Shown here: positions 1 to 8,111 of the stretch, piece after piece
Layout: the number at the start of each line of letters is the position of its first letter
Position numbering within the stretch: the first letter of the stretch is position 1
IMG/VR virus record: IMGVR_UViG_3300031841_004526
Strand: one strand, 5' to 3'
Origin: an uncultured virus (IMG/VR IMGVR_UViG_3300031841_004526)
Lineage: Duplodnaviria > Heunggongvirae > Uroviricota > Caudoviricetes
DNA length: 20,000 nt
Position numbers and translations under genes: made by a program
Notes under the pieces: model-generated
What the model was told of the DNA's origin: nothing
Seen by the model: only the letters and a program-made list of their open reading frames with translations
The model's database searches: none

Positions 1-1
1 C

Positions 2-178
2 AGCTATTTTTTCTAATAATGCTGGTTGTTCAGATGGTAGAGTATAATCTAGTAGATCTTGTATATACATACTTTCTACAGAATTATTTTCTATTTCATC
101 TATTCTATCTATATGTATATTGTTGGTATCTGGTATGTCCAGTATATCATTAGTCTTATGTAGGTAAATATTATTCAT
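2..178 (-). CDS. Hypothetical protein, 5' part only (runs off the left edge); possibly a degenerate class I SAM-methyltransferase-like protein
   Basis: Not in the ORF track. Read by hand from ATG at 178: MNNIYLHKTNDILDIPDTNNIHIDRIDEIENNSVESMYIQDLLDYTLPSEQPALLEKIA..., open to the edge and overlapping the upstream stop at 171-173. 'NSVESMYIQDLLDY...LLEKI' loosely recalls the 'SVD.I.....LEH...L.EI.RVL' part of small methyltransferases, but there is no GxG motif. Confidence 0.6.
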   Translation of the reverse strand, partial: MNNIYLHKTNDILDIPDTNNIHIDRIDEIENNSVESMYIQDLLDYTLPSEQPALLEKIA

Positions 179-617
179 AGATGTATCTTCTTTTTTTCTG
201 CTCGTTAAAAATCTGCTCCCATTCTTTAGCATTAGATCCATAACCTAGAACAATATCATGAATATTACCCCAGGATTGTTTAACCTGATCATCAATAGCT
301 ATCTGCCAAACATTAGGTAGCATATCTATTTTTTTCTGCACCTTACTAACATCTAGTGTGTCTGATCTAACCTCATGGTCTACAACAACTAAATTACATT
401 GATGATATTGACAAACACTTATAATTTTCTCTAAGCTTTGAGTTCGATTATTCAGTAGAACTATATCTGGTACACAGTTTCCAACATAAAGGTGGTCAAG
501 TGAAAAAATCTTAACATCCAAGCTTTTCAGAAATTTCTCGAAATAAATGTTATTGCTCGGTATATTTAATATGTTTGTGCTATTACTAAGTTCTCTGGAT
601 AATAGGCTACTAATCAT
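171..617 (-). CDS. Hypothetical protein (148 aa), possibly a stand-alone glycosyltransferase N-terminal-like Rossmann domain
   Basis: Start overlaps the upstream stop. Segments 'PDIVLLNN' and 'NLVVVDHE' resemble GT-B N-terminal strands, and it sits in a GT cluster. The function is uncertain. Confidence 0.65.
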   Translation of the reverse strand: MISSLLSRELSNSTNILNIPSNNIYFEKFLKSLDVKIFSLDHLYVGNCVPDIVLLNNRTQSLEKIISVCQYHQCNLVVVDHEVRSDTLDVSKVQKKIDMLPNVWQIAIDDQVKQSWGNIHDIVLGYGSNAKEWEQIFNEQKKRRYIYE

Positions 618-1684
618 AAGTATGTATGAAATTTTGAGTTGTCGAATATATTGCGATCTACACTAGACATCTTGCGTTGTTTTTCTTGTTCTGTTAATTG
701 AAAAGCCGACCTCATTTTAGCTCTAATATCAGATACGATTGGCTTATACCATACTTCGTGTTGAGTAAATACATTATTTAGACCAAAAATATTATTACTA
801 ATAACGTTTTCTTCGATGCTCTTTATATTAAATCCATTATTCTGTGTAATATAGCAAGCTGGGGCTGTTTTATCTACACATATCACACTATTACCATACA
901 ATAAAGCTTCTACGCAAGCGGCTCCACCATGAGAACATTTTGATGTATCTATGTAGCAATGGCAATTATTATGAAGGTCGACCTTTTTGGTATGATCTAT
1001 GTGTCCCAAAATAATGATTGGCTCAATAGTATCTTTAGGGGTTTTACGGCTAATTTCATAGGCATTATTAACTATATTTTTTACAACACTTTCTTCTGCT
1101 GAATCTATTTTGATAATAAGCCTAGCAGATTCTTTATTTGAAAATTCTGATAGGTATGCTATTAGTAATTCCAATAATCCGTCTTTGTGATTCAATGACG
1201 AGAAACTATAGAAATTAAATTCATTTTCATCACTATGGTTGGTTTCCTCGTCTATTCTTTTTAAATTAAAGGGTTCTGGTATAACCTTTATTTTTTTAAA
1301 TACCCCAGACTCTCTCAGTATTTTTTCCCCATAGAAAGAGTTGACCCACACTTCATCCATCATGTTGATTTTTTCAATCCATCCAGTATGAGATAGATTT
1401 CTCGTTGCTATTTTTGGCACACAAATATTTTTACCAAAACGATTATTGTATTCATAAAATTCTGGTAATGTATCTTGTATGACGCAATCGTAGTTGTACT
1501 GTTTGTTGTTTTCTAGAGATAGCAAATCTTTATCTAAATTAGTTACATAGTTATCTATGGTAAGATAGATAGGTCTAATAGATAAATTAACATTAGCAAT
1601 ATTATTCAGTGCTTCTATATAGCGTAAAGAAGCATAGCCAAAACTGTTTTTCTCTCTATAATGTCCTAGATATAGAATATTCAT
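614..1684 (-). CDS. Glycosyltransferase, GT-B fold (GT4-like), with a degenerate catalytic motif
   Basis: Start reassigned to MNILYLGHY (ATG at 1684, ATGA overlap with the upstream stop). Contains 'MDEVWVNS', 'IKVIPEPFN', 'HKDGLLELLIAYLSEF' and 'CHCYIDTSKCSHGGAACVEALLYGNSVI', the region equivalent to the EX7E motif. Confidence 0.8.
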   Translation of the reverse strand: MNILYLGHYREKNSFGYASLRYIEALNNIANVNLSIRPIYLTIDNYVTNLDKDLLSLENNKQYNYDCVIQDTLPEFYEYNNRFGKNICVPKIATRNLSHTGWIEKINMMDEVWVNSFYGEKILRESGVFKKIKVIPEPFNLKRIDEETNHSDENEFNFYSFSSLNHKDGLLELLIAYLSEFSNKESARLIIKIDSAEESVVKNIVNNAYEISRKTPKDTIEPIIILGHIDHTKKVDLHNNCHCYIDTSKCSHGGAACVEALLYGNSVICVDKTAPACYITQNNGFNIKSIEENVISNNIFGLNNVFTQHEVWYKPIVSDIRAKMRSAFQLTEQEKQRKMSSVDRNIFDNSKFHTYL

Positions 1685-3312
1685 GCGTATTGAACTACAT
1701 GGTTCATCATTTCTGGAGGATCTATTTCTCCCACCCTGACCTTTTCCCATATGGTTTTGCTATTCATAAAACCTTCCAGAGATTTTATGGCGTTATCCAT
1801 TGTAAATGGTTGCACCTTACCATTACTTGCTACATATCCAACATCAGCTGAGTGAACGATATTTTGAAAAATAGCGGTATGCTTAATGTGAGGAGCATTA
1901 ATAACATGATCAGCAATAAAGTTTAAGACTTTTCTATTACTAGGTAATGGTGGAACTTTTACTTCTGGTTGTGGTAAAGCTGGTTTTGCGTCCCACTTGC
2001 CTTGTAATCCAGTTAATTCGATATTGTCAAATATACGTTCGAAAGCCTCTGCGGTTTTATTCCAATCGTAACTACTAGTTAATTTATTTCTCAAATTCTC
2101 TGTCTGGCTCATGCGTTTGATAAAAGATAGATCTTTTAGCTCATTATATTTCTTAACTAGAATATCTATACATTTATCATCATCTGGATAAACACGATCA
2201 GCATTAGTTTCTAGCTCTCTAAAGTAAGATGCTACTGGAACAATATCTGCCCCTATATTATCTCCTACTTCTCTCATGGCTCCATGATCTACTGTGACTA
2301 CAGGTATGCCACAGGCAGCAGCTTCTACTGGTGGGATACCGAATCCTTCACAAATAGCATATTGAACATAAACATCAAAGCTATTTATAACCTTGGCCAA
2401 ATCTTTATCTTCTAAACCATTTGAAACAGTACACATTCCACAGGCTTTTTGATTGCAATGCTTACAACCTGTAGGATGTTCATGAAATGTACTAGCATAA
2501 TACTTCTTGCATGCTTGACACTTGTATGTAAAATATACCAGGGACATAGCATCATAATACATTAATAGATCTGGTAAATTCCATGCGTTTAAATCTGGAT
2601 AGCTAGTGTGCAGATACAACTTAGCATTAGGTGCTGATCGAGAAACTTCTTTGATAATTTTGATAAGGTTTGGAATTAATTTGCGTTTTTGATTTCTCAT
2701 TACAGATCCAATAATAAAGTCTGATGGTGATAAACCAAGTTGTTGTTTCAGCATTTCTTTAGGTTCTTTACTTGGTGCAAAGACATCTATATTTACTGCG
2801 TCATTGACTGGTTCTACTAAATTCATAGGCACACCAGTAGATTTTAAATAATCAACGCCCCATTGTGTGTGTGCAGATACAGTGTCAGCACTACTAAATG
2901 TTTGCAGCCAATCTGTTTTTTGTGGTGCAGAATCGATGGTTGGGCCTATCATCCAATGAAAGTATGGTCGTAATGGTGACATCTCTACAAAACTAGACAT
3001 CCAATAATCACGAATGTCAAATACTATATCTGGCTTAAAGTCTATGCAAGATCTTTCAAAGCCCCACGCCCCAAAGGCATTGCTGGGATTGCTCCCATAT
3101 TGTTTCAATGCCTCTGGATCTGTTGGCGCGTTGGCATAAATCTTCCAAGGTTCTTTCTTAGGGACATTGATGGTTCTATATGCAGACAGTTCAGCAATTT
3201 CATACTTATTTGTAGCATGTAGTTTTGAAAGGATACTTTTTGTGTAATTACCAAATCCAGAATCTACATGACTAGACTCGGCACACATTAATATTCTTTT
3301 TTTGCCCATCAT
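1681..3312 (-). CDS. Glycosyltransferase family 4 (GT-B) with a Cys-rich insertion
   Basis: N-terminal 'KRILM...SGFG', 'KPDIVF', 'RNQKRK', intact EX7E 'EGFGIPPVEAAACGIPVV' and 'YDWNKTA'. The start could be 3312 or 3309. Confidence 0.9.
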   Translation of the reverse strand: MMGKKRILMCAESSHVDSGFGNYTKSILSKLHATNKYEIAELSAYRTINVPKKEPWKIYANAPTDPEALKQYGSNPSNAFGAWGFERSCIDFKPDIVFDIRDYWMSSFVEMSPLRPYFHWMIGPTIDSAPQKTDWLQTFSSADTVSAHTQWGVDYLKSTGVPMNLVEPVNDAVNIDVFAPSKEPKEMLKQQLGLSPSDFIIGSVMRNQKRKLIPNLIKIIKEVSRSAPNAKLYLHTSYPDLNAWNLPDLLMYYDAMSLVYFTYKCQACKKYYASTFHEHPTGCKHCNQKACGMCTVSNGLEDKDLAKVINSFDVYVQYAICEGFGIPPVEAAACGIPVVTVDHGAMREVGDNIGADIVPVASYFRELETNADRVYPDDDKCIDILVKKYNELKDLSFIKRMSQTENLRNKLTSSYDWNKTAEAFERIFDNIELTGLQGKWDAKPALPQPEVKVPPLPSNRKVLNFIADHVINAPHIKHTAIFQNIVHSADVGYVASNGKVQPFTMDNAIKSLEGFMNSKTIWEKVRVGEIDPPEMMNHVVQYA

Positions 3313-3332
3313 AATCCCTTCGGTTAGAATTC

Positions 3333-3701
3333 TTAGAAAGCTACAGCTTCTTCCATATCCTTCTTGCGAGAAGGTCTAGTAAGCTTAGCAAAGTTACTTA
3401 CTCTGAGCTTCATGCTAGAGTGTTTAACACCATCTTTTTCCCAGGTGTCGTTTCGTAAAGATCCTTCTAGCATTACTAAGTCGCCCTTAGCAAAGGATTC
3501 AGCAATGGTTCTTGCTCCAGTATCCCATGCTTCACAAGGCACAAATGTAGTAATCTTGTCCTTGTTTCCATCGGACTTGGTATACTCTCTAGAAACAGCA
3601 ATAGTAAAATTAACTACTGATGTATCCTTACCATTAGAAGTATTGATTGTTCTAAGGTTAGGATCTCTGGCCAGATTACCCTTCAACACAACTAGATTCA
3701 T
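3333..3701 (-). CDS. ssb: Single-stranded DNA-binding protein (bacterial-type OB fold)
   Basis: 'MNLVVLKGNLARDP', 'FTIAVSR', 'CEAWD', 'KGDLVMLEGSLRNDTWEKDG' and an acidic-aromatic C-terminus EEAVAF. SD AAGGAG lies at 3708-3713. Confidence 0.96.
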   Translation of the reverse strand: MNLVVLKGNLARDPNLRTINTSNGKDTSVVNFTIAVSREYTKSDGNKDKITTFVPCEAWDTGARTIAESFAKGDLVMLEGSLRNDTWEKDGVKHSSMKLRVSNFAKLTRPSRKKDMEEAVAF

Positions 3702-3743
3702 AATAATCTCCTTAAATCAAAAAATAAAGTAACACAACTAACT

Positions 3744-3771
3744 ATTGTAACCCATCGAGTGCCGAAGTCAA
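3744..3771 (-). promoter_or_regulatory. Putative sigma70-type promoter upstream of ssb
   Basis: Minus strand TTGACT-N16-TACAAT, in the 76-bp gap between the dnaE C-half and ssb. Confidence 0.7.
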
Positions 3772-3777
3772 GGCAAA

Positions 3778-5361
3778 CTATGCTTGCCAAACCTTCTTGA
3801 TGATCATACTATCATCCTTCTTCTTCGATGGCTCTAATTTTATTACTGTAGTATTGTCTACAGATAATAAATGTCTGTATATTTTGTATTCTTCAGGAAA
3901 GATTACTGTGTCTATTGATCCAGTATTATCTGCTATTTTAACAAATGCCATTTCCTGTCCAGGATTTGCACCTCTTTTAGTTTTAATCACACTAACATCT
4001 TTAATCTCAATACCTACCATTATATTTCTTGGGAAAGTCCTAGCATTACATAAAGCCCTACAATCTGTATTGACGTAATGTAAGTCGCACTCATCTATTT
4101 TGGAGCAGGACACGCTAATACCTAATAATTGATTCTCTGTGTCTGCTATCCATGCGATAGAGTCTTCTAATGAATATGCTGGATTTTTGAGCGACTCCAG
4201 TAAAGATTCTATAGACTTTTTTCTTCTAACATTAACCTTTGTTAATACGAACGAAATACACTGTAAGATATTTTTAAATTCACCGATATTATTTACAATG
4301 TGTTCTTTCTCTTTGACTGTTAGATTATCTATGATGTCATAATCAAATAGCATCTGTTTTCTGCTTAATCCAAGATAATCAAAACAACCAACAGATATCA
4401 TGCCTTTAGCACCAGTCTTATTGATCTTATCCAAGACCTTGAACATAATCTCTAGATAGTTTGCATTTTGCCTATCTATTTCCAGTGTTTGCATCTTGTC
4501 ATAAACAGAATCCCCGACTCCTTTAATATCTGTTAATCCAAAGTAAATCTTATCGTTTTGTAGTATGCAGTCTTTGTTATTGATTCTAAAGTCAGGATTG
4601 CACACATCAATATCCATCTGCCTACAATTACTTACGAGATCACATATTTCTTGAAAAGGATCAATCTTTTCTCTGGCTAATTGTAGATAAGAAACGAAAA
4701 ATTGTTTAGGAAAATGGGTTTTGACATAAGCCGATAGATATGCATTCATAGCATAGGAAATAGCGTGGCTTTTATTAAAAGAATATCTCTGGCTTTTTTC
4801 AATCCAGTTGAAGATTTCTGTGGACTGCTCAACATTCACCACATTGATCTTCTTGCAGCCTGCCAGGAACTTCTTTTTAATTTTGGCCATCTCTTCTGGT
4901 TTCTTTTTACCAATGGCCTTACGAAGCATGTCAGCGTCTTGTAGGTCAAATCCGGCGATGCCTTGGGCAATTTGCATAGCCTGTTCTTGATAGATCATCT
5001 CACCATATGTAGTGGAAAGAATATCTTTTAGACTCTCATGATAATAATCAATTGATTCTAATCCATTTTTCTTATCTATATAATGATTACTAACAGACTT
5101 GCCATCACGATATGCCTCTAAGCAACCGGGACGTAAAATAGAGATCAAAGCCGATAGTTGCTCTATATTTTCTGGCTTGAGTTTTTTAGCCATTGTTTGG
5201 CCTAGTCGAGACTCTAACTGGAAACACCCCTTAGTATTGCCAGAGCCAATTAATTTCCAAGTTTGTTTACAATCGAGATTGAGATTGATCAAATTAAGAT
5301 CAAGATCTATTTTGTCTTCGGTAAAGCCAAATGAGCAACCGCACTTATATTTTTTACGCAT
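3778..5361 (-). CDS. dnaE: DNA polymerase III alpha subunit, C-terminal half (fingers, HhH, OB fold) of a split DnaE
   Basis: 'FQLES', 'LRPG', 'TYGEMIYQEQAMQIA..IAGF...DADMLRKAIGKKK', 'YSFNKSHAISYA', 'FGLTDIKGVG' (HhH) and 'MAFVKIADNTGSIDTVIFP' (OB). Start taken as ATG at 5361 (MRKKYKCGC), overlapping the exonuclease stop. Confidence 0.93.
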   Translation of the reverse strand: MRKKYKCGCSFGFTEDKIDLDLNLINLNLDCKQTWKLIGSGNTKGCFQLESRLGQTMAKKLKPENIEQLSALISILRPGCLEAYRDGKSVSNHYIDKKNGLESIDYYHESLKDILSTTYGEMIYQEQAMQIAQGIAGFDLQDADMLRKAIGKKKPEEMAKIKKKFLAGCKKINVVNVEQSTEIFNWIEKSQRYSFNKSHAISYAMNAYLSAYVKTHFPKQFFVSYLQLAREKIDPFQEICDLVSNCRQMDIDVCNPDFRINNKDCILQNDKIYFGLTDIKGVGDSVYDKMQTLEIDRQNANYLEIMFKVLDKINKTGAKGMISVGCFDYLGLSRKQMLFDYDIIDNLTVKEKEHIVNNIGEFKNILQCISFVLTKVNVRRKKSIESLLESLKNPAYSLEDSIAWIADTENQLLGISVSCSKIDECDLHYVNTDCRALCNARTFPRNIMVGIEIKDVSVIKTKRGANPGQEMAFVKIADNTGSIDTVIFPEEYKIYRHLLSVDNTTVIKLEPSKKKDDSMIIKKVWQA

Positions 5362-6073
5362 GAGCAAAAGAGTTTTTGAACTGTATCCTGTTAGCAAAAT
5401 TCTTGTGTAACTTGAGAAACCTTATCAATATGTTAGCACAGTCAGTGACATCCTTCAAGGCGTCGTGTGCATTATCAGAGTCTATTCCCATATACGATCT
5501 AATCGAATCTAACGATATGGACTTAATTTCTGGTATGTACATAAACCATAAGTTTACAACGTACATTAGATCTATTCTATCTCTAGGATGAAATATAGAT
5601 GTGGACTTTTCTTTAGCGTCAAACTGATCGTATTTTTCGCTAAGTCTATCTACAATCTTCATATCAAATCTATTGATATTATAGCCACATGCAATAGGTG
5701 CTGTGAACTTACTTTTGGTTTTCTTGCCAGATCCACCTAAATGGTAATTATCTAGGTAGCTAATAAATTGTTGCCAAGAATGTTTTTGTTCTGGATATTT
5801 CAACCAATCTTCCAGAATCGTACTTTTATCGACACCTCTCACTTTGCCGTGCCAATCTAAAATATCGGAATCGGTATATGGATGATTATCAATAGTTACG
5901 CCTTCGGCTTTTTCTAGCCGTTCTGGTTTAAGATTGATATTAAATTCCGAGTTTTCTACAATCTTTAATTTAACCGGGTCCACTATGACTGCTGCGAGTT
6001 GCACGGGGCTGCAATTGTGTGGATCAGCCCCGTCCGTCTCAAAGTCAAAGACACAAATCTTATTCTTGTTCAT
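5354..6073 (-). CDS. DEDDh 3'-5' exonuclease (DnaQ/Pol III epsilon-like)
   Basis: ExoI 'FDFETDG', ExoII 'GYNINRFD' and ExoIII 'AHDALKD'. Confidence 0.92.
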   Translation of the reverse strand: MNKNKICVFDFETDGADPHNCSPVQLAAVIVDPVKLKIVENSEFNINLKPERLEKAEGVTIDNHPYTDSDILDWHGKVRGVDKSTILEDWLKYPEQKHSWQQFISYLDNYHLGGSGKKTKSKFTAPIACGYNINRFDMKIVDRLSEKYDQFDAKEKSTSIFHPRDRIDLMYVVNLWFMYIPEIKSISLDSIRSYMGIDSDNAHDALKDVTDCANILIRFLKLHKNFANRIQFKNSFAHA

Positions 6074-6243
6074 GCAACCTTTTGTACTTCCTGTTGTGGT
6101 TTGAAAACTGCATTTGCTCCATTAGCTACCTGTTTAGCATTACATTTAAGCTGGCAACAAGTAAGCTTTTCTGGTTTGACTTTTTTATACTTGACATTAT
6201 TAACTGTGAAAATATCACCAAGTTTTAAATCTTGAAATTTCAT
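6070..6243 (-). CDS. Small hypothetical protein (57 aa), basic, with a CC-x3-C motif
   Basis: Not in the ORF track. Read by hand: MKFQDLKLGDIFTVNNVKYKKVKPEKLTCCQLKCNAKQVANGANAVFKPQQEVQKVA*. It has an AAGGAG SD in the end of dnaE-N, an ATGA overlap with the exonuclease start, and fills the gap exactly. Confidence 0.85.
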   Translation of the reverse strand: MKFQDLKLGDIFTVNNVKYKKVKPEKLTCCQLKCNAKQVANGANAVFKPQQEVQKVA

Positions 6244-6248
6244 AGTAT

Positions 6249-8111
6249 TTACTCCTTTTTTAGTAACGATTGGACATTCATCATTTTATCCAGCAGGGCA
6301 ATACCTAGGATATCGAATTTTACTACACCTATAGATTCTAAATCATTCATTTCTAAACCGGCTATGTTTTGTTTGGTTTTAGTATCATAAATCATAGGGC
6401 AGATACCAGCTAGGCTTTCCTGGGATATTGCGATACCTGCTGCATGTTTAGATTGGTTGTACTTGGTGCCTTCTAATCTAATAGCTTGCTCAAAGCGTTT
6501 GGCAAGTGGTCCCTTGAGTTCGCCGTCTTGCTTATGACACCAATCTTGCAATTGTTTGCTATTGTTTTCTAATGCCCAGTTGATAATCGAGGCTTCTCCG
6601 CTTTCGTCTTTCATTTCTTGCAGTTCATCTGCAATTTTTGCCTCATCTGGTATATGTTTGGTAATACGGTTCATTTCTTCAAAAGATATATTGCCATATA
6701 CTCTTAGTACCTCTTTCAATGCTCCTCTGCCTTTAAGCGTATTATAGGTAATCATTTGAGAAACTTTATCTTGACCATATGTATTTTTGATATACTGAAT
6801 AATTTCTTCTCGTTTATTAATCGGCACATCAACGTCAATATCTGGCATGGATATTCTATCTTTACTGTTACGGCCAGCGTTGTAAAATCTTTCAAAAATC
6901 AGATTGTATTTGATGGGATCAATAGCTGTAATACCCACCAAATATGACACTAGGCATCCAGCGGCACTGCCTCTACCGGGTCCAGGTAGCCAATGATTTT
7001 TCTGCACATGATTGACTATATCTTGCACAATCAAAAAATAACTACTAAGATTGGCACCTTCCAGCACATCTAGTTCATATTTAATGCGATCAACATATTT
7101 GTTATGCAATTCTTTCGGCACAACATTTTGAATTCTGTCTCGCCAGCCATGACGGCAAAGCTCTCTTAAGTATTGCTCAGAGTTCATTCCGTCAGGACAA
7201 TTAAAGTCTGGAAGATGAGGCTTGTTAAGAATATCATAATCTTCACACATAGAATCCACCAAGTTGGTATTATCTATTTCATCCCCAAGATTAATCTCGT
7301 TGATATCTTCATGAGATAGTATATGATAGCTATCAGAGTGGAAAAATGAATCCATTCCGAATGATTCACCCCTAGATATTTTTTCTGCAACTTTTGGCAG
7401 AGACAGCTTCATATTACTGCATAGCAAGATTCTTTGATCTACGCAATCATCAGCTTCACAGTAATGAGCATCTATGCTGGCTATTTTAGGAATTTTATTG
7501 AGAGTGCATATATCTCTCAGTTTTTGTCCTATGGTTTGCTGGTATTGATTTTCTCGATCCATTAGTTGTACTTCAACGAAAAAATTGTCTTTTCCAAAGA
7601 TATCTGACAGACCACCTATTTCCTTGAGTATTTCGTTATCGCTAACAAAACTTTCTTCAGGATATATTTTGTTTGCTAAATATGAACCAGGATGTCCACA
7701 CAAACACACAATATCATTCTTGGATACCATCGATCCTAACTTGGCCATATCCAAACGAGGTTTGTGGTAAAAGTTTTCTGCTTTGTTAGACTCTGAAACA
7801 ATTTGCACAAGATTTTTCCAACCGTTCAGATTTTTCGACAATAAAACTATATGTGATAATTTTCTATTGTCTTTATTGTGAATATGACTGTCTTGTTCAG
7901 AAATATATAGCTCAACACCAAGAATAGGTTTGATATTTTGCTTACGCATAGTCTGATAAAATTTGATACAGCCAGAAATTGTGCCGTGATCAGTGATAGC
8001 ACAACTTTTCATTTCTAGCTTAGAGCATCGTTGGGCGATGTCTTCTGGCTTGCTAAGTCCGTCCAATAAACTGTAATGCGAATGCAAATGCAAAGGGGTA
8101 TAGGGTTTCAT
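6249..8111 (-). CDS. dnaE: DNA polymerase III alpha subunit, N-terminal half (PHP, palm, thumb) of a split DnaE
   Basis: PHP motifs 'LHLHSHYSLLDG', 'ITDHG', 'PILGVE' and 'DAHY'. Palm motifs 'GPGRGSAAGCLVSY', 'LIFERF', 'MPDIDVD', 'SKHAAG' and 'VKFDILG'. Ends in TAA shortly after the KFD motif. Confidence 0.95.
   Translation of the reverse strand: MKPYTPLHLHSHYSLLDGLSKPEDIAQRCSKLEMKSCAITDHGTISGCIKFYQTMRKQNIKPILGVELYISEQDSHIHNKDNRKLSHIVLLSKNLNGWKNLVQIVSESNKAENFYHKPRLDMAKLGSMVSKNDIVCLCGHPGSYLANKIYPEESFVSDNEILKEIGGLSDIFGKDNFFVEVQLMDRENQYQQTIGQKLRDICTLNKIPKIASIDAHYCEADDCVDQRILLCSNMKLSLPKVAEKISRGESFGMDSFFHSDSYHILSHEDINEINLGDEIDNTNLVDSMCEDYDILNKPHLPDFNCPDGMNSEQYLRELCRHGWRDRIQNVVPKELHNKYVDRIKYELDVLEGANLSSYFLIVQDIVNHVQKNHWLPGPGRGSAAGCLVSYLVGITAIDPIKYNLIFERFYNAGRNSKDRISMPDIDVDVPINKREEIIQYIKNTYGQDKVSQMITYNTLKGRGALKEVLRVYGNISFEEMNRITKHIPDEAKIADELQEMKDESGEASIINWALENNSKQLQDWCHKQDGELKGPLAKRFEQAIRLEGTKYNQSKHAAGIAISQESLAGICPMIYDTKTKQNIAGLEMNDLESIGVVKFDILGIALLDKMMNVQSLLKKE

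Noticed and set aside
4335..4365. 'QMLF' in the DnaE C-half as a beta-clamp-binding motif
   Set aside because: It follows 'GCFDYLG..R' directly, the position of a structural helix in DnaE. The known internal clamp motif lies further downstream.
6019..6235. Plus-strand ORFs of 69 and 78 aa across the gap between dnaE-N and the exonuclease
   Set aside because: They are antisense shadows. The minus-strand 57-aa ORF has an SD and coupled junctions and explains the gap.
5361..6251. Intein, self-splicing intron, stop-codon recoding or frameshift as the explanation for the dnaE split
   Set aside because: There are no intein-like extensions on either half. The gap is fully occupied by two ORFs with SD or overlap signals, leaving no room for a ribozyme core. 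The stop is TAA and the halves are out of frame. TAA, TGA and TAG all end genes in this window, consistent with the standard code.
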